A stretch of DNA of 32,000 bases from assembly GCF_000012285.1 (NCBI RefSeq), contig NC_007181.1, forward strand, positions 1,470,001-1,502,000, in the 5' to 3' direction. Below the pieces are notes generated by a model. That model did not search any database. It was not told where the DNA came from and saw only the letters and a program-made list of their open reading frames with translations. Below, piece after piece: positions 1-8,295 of this stretch. The DNA comes from Sulfolobus acidocaldarius DSM 639 (GTDB lineage: Archaea > Thermoproteota > Thermoprotei_A > Sulfolobales > Sulfolobaceae). Position numbers and translations under genes: made by a program. The stretch's first letter is position 1. Every line of letters starts with the position of its first letter.

Positions 1-911
1 TTTATCCAACCATATCCCACACCCATAACCTCAGGCACAAGTAGTGCAATGGCTCCTGAGACTAGCCCACCTATCAATGGTTTAATATAATTTTTAGTTT
101 TTAATTTCTTAAAGAACGAATTTATACCGTAAAAAGTTTTTACGTAGAGTATTGCCAGTAATCCTGAGATCACTCCTAAAATGGCGTACATAGGCAGTCT
201 TAAAGGATTGAAAGAACCAGTGTAATATCCAAATACTGGTTCAAAACCAAAGATGGAACCGAAAATAGTGTACCCTATTGCTGAGGCAATTAATGTGGGG
301 TAAATGACCTCAGGCTCTATATCTCTCTTATAGAGTATTTCCGCAGCTAAAATTGCCCCACCAATAGGTGTCTTGAAGATCGTTCCTATACCAGCACCTA
401 TTCCCACTGCTACAGCTTTCCTTCTGTCTTCGGGTGATAGCTTTAACAAATCGGCTATAATTGATCCGACTCCTGCAGAAAACTGTGCAGTAGGTCCTTC
501 CCTTCCTGCGCTTCCACCTGACCCTATTGTTATTGCTGAAGCAATGATTTTTACCGGTACAACTATCCACTTAATTTTACCTTGATAATAATGATATGCC
601 TTTATTGCAGCGTCAGTGCCGTGACCTTCAGCTTCAGGAGCAAAAGTGTAAACAATTAAACCAGACAGTAATCCGCCTAAAGCAACCGAAAGGGGAATGA
701 GGTAATATCTTCCACTGCTAAATACAAAGTTTAATGAACCACCTTCACCTAATGGTTTAGGAATGGAAATTGATACTAGGGAATATAAGAATAAGCCCTC
801 AAATACATGAAGTAGTAGATAAAATGCAGTAGCTGCCAACCCTGCTATTATGCCGAGTATCACACCAAGGATGAACCACTTCTCAAAGTAGGGCAGAGAA
901 GATAACTTCAT
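1..911 (-). CDS. ClC-family chloride channel / H+-Cl- antiporter, N-terminal ~303 codons (3' end runs off the left window edge)
   Basis: Absent from the ORF track because it is truncated. My translation of the minus strand from ATG 911..909 gives [39 protein letters not shown]...[15 protein letters not shown]...[31 protein letters not shown] is the ClC selectivity-filter signature, and F-K-T-P-I-G-G...E corresponds to the ClC FNAPLAG..E gating-glutamate segment. The frame stays open to position 1. Confidence 0.85.
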   Translation of the reverse strand, partial: MKLSSLPYFEKWFILGVILGIIAGLAATAFYLLLHVFEGLFLYSLVSISIPKPLGEGGSLNFVFSSGRYYLIPLSVALGGLLSGLIVYTFAPEAEGHGTDAAIKAYHYYQGKIKWIVVPVKIIASAITIGSGGSAGREGPTAQFSAGVGSIIADLLKLSPEDRRKAVAVGIGAGIGTIFKTPIGGAILAAEILYKRDIEPEVIYPTLIASAIGYTIFGSIFGFEPVFGYYTGSFNPLRLPMYAILGVISGLLAILYVKTFYGINSFFKKLKTKNYIKPLIGGLVSGAIALLVPEVMGVGYGWI

Positions 912-935
912 AGGATTAATAGATTCATAGGATTA
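907..935. repeat. tandem direct repeat TTCATAGGATTA-ataga-TTCATAGGATTA spanning the ClC start codon
   Basis: Two perfect 12-mers lie at 907..918 and 924..935. On the coding (minus) strand each contains an ATG. Confidence 0.8.
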
Positions 936-1108
936 TTTTAAACCTAACTTAGAACCTATATAACTAAATTTGTTAATTTAAAGTGTATACATGCGCTGTA
1001 TTATAAAAATTTTCCTCAAAAAATCCAGTCATTCAAACGGAGAATATTAATATTTCTCATCTTCTTTCTATGCTTTTACCCATAAATTTTAAATTTTTTC
1101 CTTCTTTT

Positions 1109-1708
1109 TTACACAAACTTTACACTTATAGTCTTCTTACCCTCCACCCTCACTCTGTCTCCTTTCCCTATAGCATGAGGTCCAATGAACACACCTAAAG
1201 ACACATAACCCTCCATATCTTGTCTGACTACACTTGAGGGATTATAGGCAGGACCACCCTCTCCTACTAGCTTGTCATTTATAAAGAGTTTAAAGTTTCC
1301 GAAAGGTGGTTCTAATTGTTCCCCTACGAAAAGTCTTCCTGCGAATGCGTCATCAGCAATTATATAGTGTTCAGGGAGATTCCATGTGTTAAACCTAGTT
1401 GCTGGTATCTCAAGTCCCAGGTAAGTCTTTTCCACTTTACCTTTCTTCACAAGTGCTATAATTTCAACCTCTAACTTATGGGTCTTAAACCATAGTTCTA
1501 CTTCCTCATCAAATGTTATCATAGGTCTTGTTATCACTCCTAAAGCCTTTCCTTGAAGCGCTATTTTATATCCTACAAGTCCCTCATGATCAATTAACAT
1601 TTTCGAAAAGTCTTTGTAAACCTGATAGCCTTCTTCCTTCTCTAGGGAGAAAGGTTCTATTTCTTTCCTATTCTTATAGGCATCGAAAAGTAATTCTGCT
1701 TTGTTCAT
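1109..1708 (-). CDS. 2-keto-4-pentenoate hydratase / 2-oxohepta-3-enedioate hydratase family protein (MhpD/HpcG-like, FAH fold)
   Basis: The ORF-track protein aligns by eye to the MhpD pattern: A..L..A....I.P ([16 protein letters not shown]), Y.h......G..hG.K (GYQVYKDF...[10 protein letters not shown]), E.EIAhV (EVEIIALV), ADNA..G..V.G ([12 protein letters not shown]), and C-terminal GD......G..S..F ([17 protein letters not shown]). I prefer ATG 1708 (MNKAELL) over TTG 1735, because a TATA-like TTTTAAAT around 1753..1760 predicts a TSS near 1730. Confidence 0.65.
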   Translation of the reverse strand: MNKAELLFDAYKNRKEIEPFSLEKEEGYQVYKDFSKMLIDHEGLVGYKIALQGKALGVITRPMITFDEEVELWFKTHKLEVEIIALVKKGKVEKTYLGLEIPATRFNTWNLPEHYIIADDAFAGRLFVGEQLEPPFGNFKLFINDKLVGEGGPAYNPSSVVRQDMEGYVSLGVFIGPHAIGKGDRVRVEGKKTISVKFV

Positions 1709-1923
1709 ATATTCTATTAACACAACGTTCAACAAAAACTTTTGTATTTACATTTAAAAGATAGTGTATATTGTTAGGGTTACCACTTCACCTGAGTAAT
1801 GGGAGACAGCTTTTGTGATTTACTTATCATTTTTTCTACAATTTTTTCTATTCTATAGGAGACACTTTAACTCATTGAAGATATAATGTGTATCTTTATT
1901 TTTGTTTCTACAATTTAATACTC

Positions 1924-3096
1924 ATGTTAGCAAGAGTACAGGACGAGGAAGAAAAGCTGATTCTCTCCACAGTTAACGAGCTTATGAAGAAATATGATGA
2001 AAGGTATTGGTTGGATAAGGACTTGAAGAGGGAGTTTCCATTAGATTTCCTTCAAGAGTTCAGTGAGTTAGGCTTAGGATCAGTTCTAATTCCTAAAGAA
2101 AATGGAGGTGCCGGAAAGGGTCTAAGATTAGCATGTGAAATACTTTATCACGTTAATGTTAATGGAGGGAACTCATATTTCATACACGGGCACTATTATA
2201 ATACAACCCTTCTAGTTAAACACGCCGGTAAGTTGATCAGGGAAAAATATTTTGAAGGCATTGTTAAGGGCGCAAAAGTTCTGTCATTGGCACTAACGGA
2301 GCCTGATGTGGGTTCAGATAGCACAAGAATAAAAACCCTTGCCCGGAAAAAGGACGATAGGACTTATGTGATAAATGGTCATAAGATATTCATTTCAAGG
2401 TTAAAGTATAGTGATTTCATGATTGTTGTAGCTAGGACAATACCATATGACGTTGTGGAGAGAAAGACCGATGGGATAACTCTCTTTCTCGTAGATCTGA
2501 GGGTGAGTAGGGACAATATTGATATGAAAGAAATTAAGACCATGTCAAATACATCAGCCTTTGAAGTATTTCTTAACAACCTTGAAGTTCCTGCGGAAAA
2601 CGTTATAGGTGAAGTGAATCGAGGTTTCTATTATCTCCTTGATTTACTTAATGCCGAGAGGTTTATGATAGCTTCGGAAATGATAGGTAATGCCGAGTGG
2701 TTCATAAATAAGGCTGTTGAATACGCTAGAAATAGAGTTGTATTTGGAAAACCAATCGGAAGTTATCAAGGTGTGCAGTTTCCCATAGCTAAAGTATATG
2801 CAGAGTTAGAGGCAGTAAAGTCATACTTCAATGATGGAATTGAGCACTTTGATAAGGATAAAGACTCCAAATTGATTGGTAGTTATGCTAACATTTCTAA
2901 GTACCTGGCTACTGAGATAGCTTGGGAGGCAGGTAACATTGCCATGGATACCTACGGAGGGTATGGATATGCTGTTGATACTGGAATAGAGAGGAAGTTG
3001 AGGGAGACAAGGCTTTACAAGGTAGCACCGGTCTCTCAGAATTTAGTCTTATCATACATTGCAAATCATATATTGAATCTTCCTAAATCATATTGA
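1924..3096 (+). CDS. acyl-CoA dehydrogenase
   Basis: Carries ACAD hallmarks: LTEPDVGSDS, R..FGKPIGSYQGVQF, YGGYGY and a C-terminal RETRLY. I prefer ATG 1924 (MLARVQDEEE) over GTG 1888, whose extra 12 residues (MYLYFCFYNLIL) look like translated promoter sequence. Confidence 0.9.
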   Translation: MLARVQDEEEKLILSTVNELMKKYDERYWLDKDLKREFPLDFLQEFSELGLGSVLIPKENGGAGKGLRLACEILYHVNVNGGNSYFIHGHYYNTTLLVKHAGKLIREKYFEGIVKGAKVLSLALTEPDVGSDSTRIKTLARKKDDRTYVINGHKIFISRLKYSDFMIVVARTIPYDVVERKTDGITLFLVDLRVSRDNIDMKEIKTMSNTSAFEVFLNNLEVPAENVIGEVNRGFYYLLDLLNAERFMIASEMIGNAEWFINKAVEYARNRVVFGKPIGSYQGVQFPIAKVYAELEAVKSYFNDGIEHFDKDKDSKLIGSYANISKYLATEIAWEAGNIAMDTYGGYGYAVDTGIERKLRETRLYKVAPVSQNLVLSYIANHILNLPKSY

Positions 3097-3176
3097 TTTA
3101 TAGAGAGTAATGAGCCAGCTACAATGAAATAGGTAAAGAACAGTGGGAAAAAGTAAAAAATGAATGCACATTTCCC

Positions 3177-3197
3177 TTTTTTCTCTTCCTTATTTTT
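3177..3197 (+). terminator. T-tract terminator candidate downstream of the acyl-CoA dehydrogenase
   Basis: T6 (3177..3182) and T5 (3193..3197) lie in the convergent gap. Oligo-T tracts are the known archaeal termination signal. The complementary A-tracts at 3148..3160 would serve thermopsin on the other strand. Confidence 0.4.
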
Positions 3198-3211
3198 GGC
3201 TTGGACAACAA

Positions 3212-4234
3212 TTAAATTAGTATAACACTGAAGTTATTTGTCAATATGGTAAGATTCTCAATGCCATTATATGCTATAGGCACTCCGTTGTTCATTGTTG
3301 TGTAGACGTTATATGCAGCCTCGGCTGTGTCGGCGCCAAAAGTGTACAGTGAAGGAACAGGAGTTATGCTACCATTACTGATATAGTATAGCCCTAATGT
3401 ACAATTTAATGAGTTAAATGATGTTGGTGCACCGTTTCCTCCGCCACCCCAAACTAATTCGGCATCGTAATATAGACCGTTTGGAGTGTAATTGTTTCCG
3501 TTTATCATAAGTGATGCAGAGATAATGTTTGGCTGGTATATTGTTATCTTATCGTAGTAGTTTACGGTACCATATTCAGTTTGTCCTATTTGTATAATCT
3601 CATAACCTATCCATACATACACTGCATTACTGGTGTAGCTCATGTTTATTATGTATATATATGAGAGTGGGAAGGAATAGGTGTAAGACGGTCCCACATC
3701 ATAATAGAAGGTTTGTCCACCACCTGCGGATGCAACTTGCCCATTACCTGTTATTGCACTTGAACTTAAAGTTGATAAACTTCCTGTCAAATTCCATACA
3801 TTATCAATAAACGTTAAGGAATTCTTGTTTGTTTGAAACTGTCCAACATCCTGTAGCCAGTACGCATATACTCCATTGCTCGTGTTTACAGAGAGTACTA
3901 TGTTGAACTGTAAAGTCGCACTGTAGGGATCTACTCCATACCTTAGTGCTTCCCTATTGTACGCTAATAATGAGGTTATATTAACATATCCTAACATTTC
4001 GTTTGTAGTTATTACATATGGCGTCACATTACCTGAGTAGTTATAAAGTCCAAATGATGCAATGCCTGCAGGAGCTGGAGGAGATGTATAGTAGAGATAG
4101 GGATTCACATAGAGACCTGAGCTTATTGTGGCTCCTGTTGTGTTACGATGAGGGAAAAAATAGATATTTTGTGGAATATATGGTATTATTAAGGCACTTA
4201 ACAAAATTATTAAACAAATGGATTTAAAATTCAT
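3212..4234 (-). CDS. thpS: thermopsin (peptidase family A5 acid protease), secreted and N-glycosylated
   Basis: I recognise the sequence MNFKSICLIILLSALIIPYIPQNIYFFPHRNTTGATISSGLYVNPYLYYTSPPAPAGIASFGLYNY... from memory as S. acidocaldarius thermopsin (340 aa). It has a signal peptide and many N-x-S/T sequons. I use ATG 4234 rather than the adjacent GTG 4237. Confidence 0.92.
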   Translation of the reverse strand: MNFKSICLIILLSALIIPYIPQNIYFFPHRNTTGATISSGLYVNPYLYYTSPPAPAGIASFGLYNYSGNVTPYVITTNEMLGYVNITSLLAYNREALRYGVDPYSATLQFNIVLSVNTSNGVYAYWLQDVGQFQTNKNSLTFIDNVWNLTGSLSTLSSSAITGNGQVASAGGGQTFYYDVGPSYTYSFPLSYIYIINMSYTSNAVYVWIGYEIIQIGQTEYGTVNYYDKITIYQPNIISASLMINGNNYTPNGLYYDAELVWGGGGNGAPTSFNSLNCTLGLYYISNGSITPVPSLYTFGADTAEAAYNVYTTMNNGVPIAYNGIENLTILTNNFSVILI

Positions 4235-4256
4235 CACTTTTTAAATAATTTTCATG

Positions 4257-4263
4257 TATATAA
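4257..4263 (-). promoter_or_regulatory. TATA box of the thermopsin promoter (leaderless transcript predicted)
   Basis: The minus-strand sequence reads GCTTATATACATG. Its centre is about 26 nt upstream of ATG 4234, the canonical Sulfolobus TATA-to-TSS spacing. Confidence 0.55.
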
Positions 4264-4336
4264 GCTTTCTTTTAAAAAATAAAGGAAAAAATCGCTTGAT
4301 ACCGAACAATCATAGCGTCAATAAAGTATAAAGTAT

Positions 4337-6022
4337 TCACTTAATCACAGGTCTCGTTACAGCACCCATGGAAGATTGAGCTACCAACGACGCATATTTT
4401 GCCAGTAAACCAGACTTATACCTGGGTTCTGGTGGAGACCAATTGTTGAGCCTCCTTTTAATCTCAGCGTCAGATAGTTTTATATCAAGTCTTTCGTTTT
4501 CAACATCTATTACTATAACATCACCATCTTCCACAATTGCTATTGGTCCTCCTACCATAGCTTCAGGAGCTACATGACCCACCATAGGTCCTCTGGTAGC
4601 CCCTGAAAATCTACCATCCGTAACCATGGCAACATTACTTAATCCGGCACCAACTATCGCAGCAGTGACTCTCAACATTTCAGGCATACCAGGTCCACCT
4701 TTTGGTCCCTCATATCTTATGACAACGACCTCTCCGTCTTTTACTTCATTACTCTGAATACCCTTGAAGGCTTGCTCCTCTGAGTTGTAAACTTTAGCTT
4801 TGCCCTCAAACTTTGTAACATTTGTCGCTGCAACTTTTATAACAGCCCCCTCTGGTGCTAGACTTCCCTTAAGTATGACTATCCCTCCCCTTGGCTTTAT
4901 GGGATTCTTGACATCCTTTACGATATGATTATGTGGAACATTTGGAATTCTGTACTCTTGGAGGTTTTGTTTCATTGTTTTGCCAGTAACAGTCAGTACG
5001 TCTCCATTGAGCAATCCTGCATCTAATAACTTCTTCATTACAAGGGGCACACCGCCCACTTCATCTAAATCTGCCATGACGTAGTCTCCACCAGGTTTCA
5101 AACTACCTATGTAAGGAGTCCTCTTTGAGATCCTATTGAAATCATCTAATGTTAGCTTCACTCCAGCCTCATAAGCTATTGCGAGTAAGTGAAGCACTGC
5201 GTTTGTTGACCCTCCCATTGCCATAAGAACTGCTATTGCATTTTCAAACGCCTCAAAAGTTAGTATATCCCTTGATTTAACTCCGTTCTCAAGTAGTCTA
5301 CTCACTGCCTTTCCAGTCTCTCTGACATACATTATTCTTCTGGAAGAAGTGGCTGTCGGAGAGGCACTTCCCGGTAAAGCCATACCTAGTGCTTCAGACA
5401 TAGAGCCCATTGTGTTTGCCGTAAACATACCTGAGCATGTACCTACAGTTGGATGGGCTCTCTTCTCTATTTCGTATAACTCATGTTCATCTATTTTACC
5501 TGCAATGAATGCACCTATGGCTTCATGGACGTCCTCTATTGTTAATCTCCTTCCGAGATAAAAGCCAGGCTCTGCTGATCCACCATAAATATAAATTGAG
5601 GGAACGTTAAGCCTAGCCATAGCCATTAGGATTCCTGGAGTTGTCTTATCACAACCTCCAATACCTATTAGTGCATCGAAGGCATGTGCGTTAAATTGAG
5701 CCTCCACCATGTCAGCTATTAGATCCCTGCTAACTAAGCTGTATCTCATTCCCTCAGTTCCCATACCTATATTGTCGTTGACAACTATAGTTGGAAAGGC
5801 TAGTGGTGTTAGTCCTCCTTCTTTTGCCCCTTCTTTAGCTACATGTGCTAAAGATAATGTGTGAAAGTTACATGGACCAGCTTCACTCCAGGCTGTAGCC
5901 ACTGCAACAAGTGGTTTGTTTATTTCGCCATCTGTAAGACCTACAGATCTCAAAAAAGCCCTATGCGGTGCATTATATATACCGTGATATCTTAAAGGAC
6001 TATTTAATTTACTTTCTGGCAT
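4337..6022 (-). CDS. ilvD: dihydroxy-acid dehydratase
   Basis: A 561-aa protein with IlvD/Edd family signatures: the CDK..PG Fe-S ligand region ([15 protein letters not shown]), TDGRFSG and GHVAPEA. A TATA-like CTTATATT is centred about 26 nt upstream of ATG 6022. Confidence 0.95.
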   Translation of the reverse strand: MPESKLNSPLRYHGIYNAPHRAFLRSVGLTDGEINKPLVAVATAWSEAGPCNFHTLSLAHVAKEGAKEGGLTPLAFPTIVVNDNIGMGTEGMRYSLVSRDLIADMVEAQFNAHAFDALIGIGGCDKTTPGILMAMARLNVPSIYIYGGSAEPGFYLGRRLTIEDVHEAIGAFIAGKIDEHELYEIEKRAHPTVGTCSGMFTANTMGSMSEALGMALPGSASPTATSSRRIMYVRETGKAVSRLLENGVKSRDILTFEAFENAIAVLMAMGGSTNAVLHLLAIAYEAGVKLTLDDFNRISKRTPYIGSLKPGGDYVMADLDEVGGVPLVMKKLLDAGLLNGDVLTVTGKTMKQNLQEYRIPNVPHNHIVKDVKNPIKPRGGIVILKGSLAPEGAVIKVAATNVTKFEGKAKVYNSEEQAFKGIQSNEVKDGEVVVIRYEGPKGGPGMPEMLRVTAAIVGAGLSNVAMVTDGRFSGATRGPMVGHVAPEAMVGGPIAIVEDGDVIVIDVENERLDIKLSDAEIKRRLNNWSPPEPRYKSGLLAKYASLVAQSSMGAVTRPVIK

Positions 6023-6153
6023 AAACTATTGTTAAATCTCAGGAATATAAGCAGACATGTTTATATGTTAAGTGAGTGAAGGGAGGAGTAGTTTAAACAT
6101 TGTAAATTATGGGAGTGGTAGTTTGCCTTCATGAGTTCAATTGAGGTAACATG

Positions 6154-6172
6154 TGACTTAAAACATAAGTCA
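6154..6172. promoter_or_regulatory. perfect 7-5-7 palindrome TGACTTA-aaaca-TAAGTCA, candidate operator abutting the TATA box of the 6205 operon
   Basis: Read directly from the sequence. It ends 2 nt before TTTAATTA (6175..6182), which sits about 26 nt upstream of the GTG at 6205. Confidence 0.4.
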
Positions 6173-6204
6173 AGTTTAATTAGAGGAAGACTTAAAATTG
6201 AATT

Positions 6205-6405
6205 GTGGATTCCAGAGTAATAATAAAGATCTTAGAGGATAGAGAGAGATACAGGAAGAGTAAAATGAGTGAGGCTGATCTAAAAAGACTGGCTGAACTA
6301 GCTAAAGAAAACATGGAATTGATGAAGAGATTGGAATGTTGGAAAGTAGTCGGTGATGTTATATATTACAGGAGTGGTTGCTTAGGGAACTTCTTTCAAG
6401 AATAA
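6205..6405 (+). CDS. small helical protein of unknown function (66 aa from GTG 6205, or 46 aa from ATG 6265), putative partner or antitoxin of the downstream nucleotidyltransferase
   Basis: The ORF is charged and coiled-coil-like (SEADLKRLAELAKENMELMKRLE). The predicted TSS from the TATA at 6175..6182 coincides with GTG 6205. It overlaps the next ORF by 28 nt. I recognise no family. Confidence 0.45.
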   Translation: MDSRVIIKILEDRERYRKSKMSEADLKRLAELAKENMELMKRLECWKVVGDVIYYRSGCLGNFFQE

Positions 6406-6938
6406 ATGAGCTAAGAGGAAATGAAACTGATAGATTTCTAAAATTTTTAGCAATATTAAATACTCTGATTGAACAGAAGGAGTTAGGAAGAATAATCATT
6501 GTAGGTGGGTTTGCGTCTGAAATATATTCAGGGAGGAGTTATAGAACAGGAGACGTAGATATATTGGTAGAAGGAAGAGCAGAAGGTATCGTTAGAGACC
6601 TTTTACGTTCTATCTCTGACCTCGGCTTGAGAATATATCTTCCTAAAATTAGAGAGATATCGGAGAAAGGTATAGACATTGTAGGTAATACTTACGATAG
6701 GAAGAAACCTCCTATGAAAATCTATGTAGATTCCTACCATGTATATATTCTTCCACCTGAAGAAGTTATTCTCACGTACTTGGAGGCGTGGAAATACTGG
6801 TCAAGTACAGAGGACAGAAATAAGGCGGTACTTGTTTATTGCTCTCAGAGGGACATTCTCGATGAGGGTTATTTGAGGAGTGAAGCAAAAGACAGGAGAG
6901 TGGAGGATTATTTGGATAAAATAAGAGATTTTTGCTAG
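6378..6938 (+). CDS. minimal Pol-beta-superfamily nucleotidyltransferase (DUF2204/DUF6036/AbiEii-like)
   Basis: GGFASEIYSGRSYRTGDVDILV fits the NTase signature hG[GS]-x9-13-D-h-[DE]-h, with a later GIDIV as a candidate third acidic residue. The only possible start is TTG 6378 (the frame opens at 6357 after a TGA and has no early in-frame ATG or GTG), and it is preceded by GGAGTGG. Confidence 0.6.
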   Translation: MLRELLSRINELRGNETDRFLKFLAILNTLIEQKELGRIIIVGGFASEIYSGRSYRTGDVDILVEGRAEGIVRDLLRSISDLGLRIYLPKIREISEKGIDIVGNTYDRKKPPMKIYVDSYHVYILPPEEVILTYLEAWKYWSSTEDRNKAVLVYCSQRDILDEGYLRSEAKDRRVEDYLDKIRDFC

Positions 6939-7011
6939 TCGTTAGTTTTACGACGTGGTGCTAAATCAAAAAAGAAATTTGACGTAGAAACTGAAAATGG
7001 GTAACTGATTT

Positions 7012-7200
7012 TTAAGGTGCGTAAGATGGAGGGAACTGTTGATAATATGGTGCTATTTCAGGTGCAAATATAGCCAATATCGCTAATGCCACTCCCATAA
7101 CAGCTATTGCTCCCAGAATTACTGCTAGATCCACTTTCCAGTCACTGGATTTTACTTTAGACTCTTGTCCACCAACAGCCTTTATTATCCTACCAATCAT
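7012..7200 (-). CDS. small membrane protein (62 aa, one TM helix), unknown function
   Basis: Contains a hydrophobic stretch (LAVILGAIAVMGVALAILAIFA). An SD-like GAGGT lies 4 nt upstream of the ATG, and a TATA-like TTAAATATT lies 33-41 nt upstream. Confidence 0.5.
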   Translation of the reverse strand: MIGRIIKAVGGQESKVKSSDWKVDLAVILGAIAVMGVALAILAIFAPEIAPYYQQFPPSYAP

Positions 7201-7228
7201 TTTACCTCGCTCAAGTATATACTTTGTC

Positions 7229-7281
7229 TCCTAATATTTAAATTTTTGTATTTAGACTTATACTTCTATCCTAATATTTAA
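7229..7281. repeat. two perfect copies of TCCTAATATTTAA exactly 40 bp apart (7229..7241 and 7269..7281)
   Basis: Read directly from the sequence. The repeat lies in the 312-bp non-coding gap 7201..7512. The proximal copy contains the putative TATA box of the 7012..7200 gene. Confidence 0.8.
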
Positions 7282-7512
7282 GCATAATTACATAGATATA
7301 AGCAATCTTTGAAAATTTATGAAAATTGAATTGGTCTCCTCTCAAACTATATCTACTCTAGTGGGTGGTTCTGTATATAATATACAAAACTGACCGTAAA
7401 TTATTACTTTCAATTACATCTTCACAGCGTATTGTTGGGAAGCATTTAACCCTAAATAAGGTAATAAATTCCATAGATTAATTTTTAAATCCATTAATAG
7501 TAATGATACTTT

Positions 7513-8295
7513 ATGGTTGAAAGTAAGGAAATATTTTTTGAATCGTATGATGGAGCCAAACTAAGAACATTTTTAGCAAGACCAGAAAGCCCAAAGCTGG
7601 CTGTAATTTTAATCCATGAGATATGGGGATTGAATGAGAATATAAAGGATATAGCAGTAAGACTAGCAAATGAGGGCTACCTAGCGTTTGCACCGCAATT
7701 ATACACTAGGCAGGAAGACATCCTTTCCCCGTCAAACATAGAAAGGGTAATGTCAAAAGTCTGGAGTATTCCCCCTGAAAAGAGGTCAGACCCTAATGTT
7801 TACCAACAAGTTCTCTCATCTCTTGACGATAAGGGCAAAAGAGTAGTGGAAACTCTAGTTTTAAACAGGTCAAAATTTGAGGAGCAAATGATAAAAGATT
7901 TAGTAAAGACTTATGACTATCTCCACTCCCAAGGGTTTAACAAGATAGTAAGTATGGGCTTTTGTATGGGTGGAGGACTAGCATTTCAGTTAGCAACTGA
8001 GGTTCCCCTCGACGGAGCCATAGTATTTTATGGTAGAAATCCGCAACCTTTAGAAGCTATTCAGAAGTTGAAGGGAGCTGTTCTAGGACTTTATGCAGGA
8101 GAAGATCCACCAATAGACGCTGGGCTACCTGACTTGATCTCTGCGATGATTAAATACAAGAAGGATTTAGAGCTCAAGATATACCCTGGAGCATATCATG
8201 CGTTCTTTAACGACAGAGGTAGGGTGTATAATAAGGAAGCCTCAGAGGATGCATGGGAGAGGGTCAAAAACTTCCTTAGGAGGGTATCAAAATGA
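7513..8295 (+). CDS. dienelactone hydrolase family protein (carboxymethylenebutenolidase-like)
   Basis: Shows the DLH pattern: AVILIHEIWGLN..I.D.A.RLA.EGY.A.AP.LY, the nucleophile elbow GFCMGG, and C-terminal YPGAYHAF. Confidence 0.88.
   Translation: MVESKEIFFESYDGAKLRTFLARPESPKLAVILIHEIWGLNENIKDIAVRLANEGYLAFAPQLYTRQEDILSPSNIERVMSKVWSIPPEKRSDPNVYQQVLSSLDDKGKRVVETLVLNRSKFEEQMIKDLVKTYDYLHSQGFNKIVSMGFCMGGGLAFQLATEVPLDGAIVFYGRNPQPLEAIQKLKGAVLGLYAGEDPPIDAGLPDLISAMIKYKKDLELKIYPGAYHAFFNDRGRVYNKEASEDAWERVKNFLRRVSK

Noticed and set aside
6357-6405. Possibility that the 66-aa ORF and the NTase ORF are one gene split by a frameshift (pseudogene or programmed frameshift).
   Set aside because: There is no slippery heptamer or homopolymer run in the 28-49 nt overlap. 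The NTase domain is complete without an N-terminal extension, and minimal NTases of this kind are normally about 150-200 aa. Two overlapping genes is the simpler reading, although I cannot exclude a frameshift without orthologue comparison.
6958-6972. Shared 9-mer GACGTGGTG just downstream of two + strand stop codons (near 6963..6971 and again near 13170..13178), considered as a possible conserved 3' element.
   Set aside because: A single shared 9-mer between two sites in 32 kb (both strands) is well within chance expectation, and the flanking sequence does not align.
7319-7393. 24-codon ATG ORF (MKIELVSSQTISTLVGGSVYNIQN) in the long 7201..7512 gap.
   Set aside because: It is too short, has no SD or correctly spaced TATA, and shows no distinguishing features. 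I mention it only as the sole ATG ORF in that gap.
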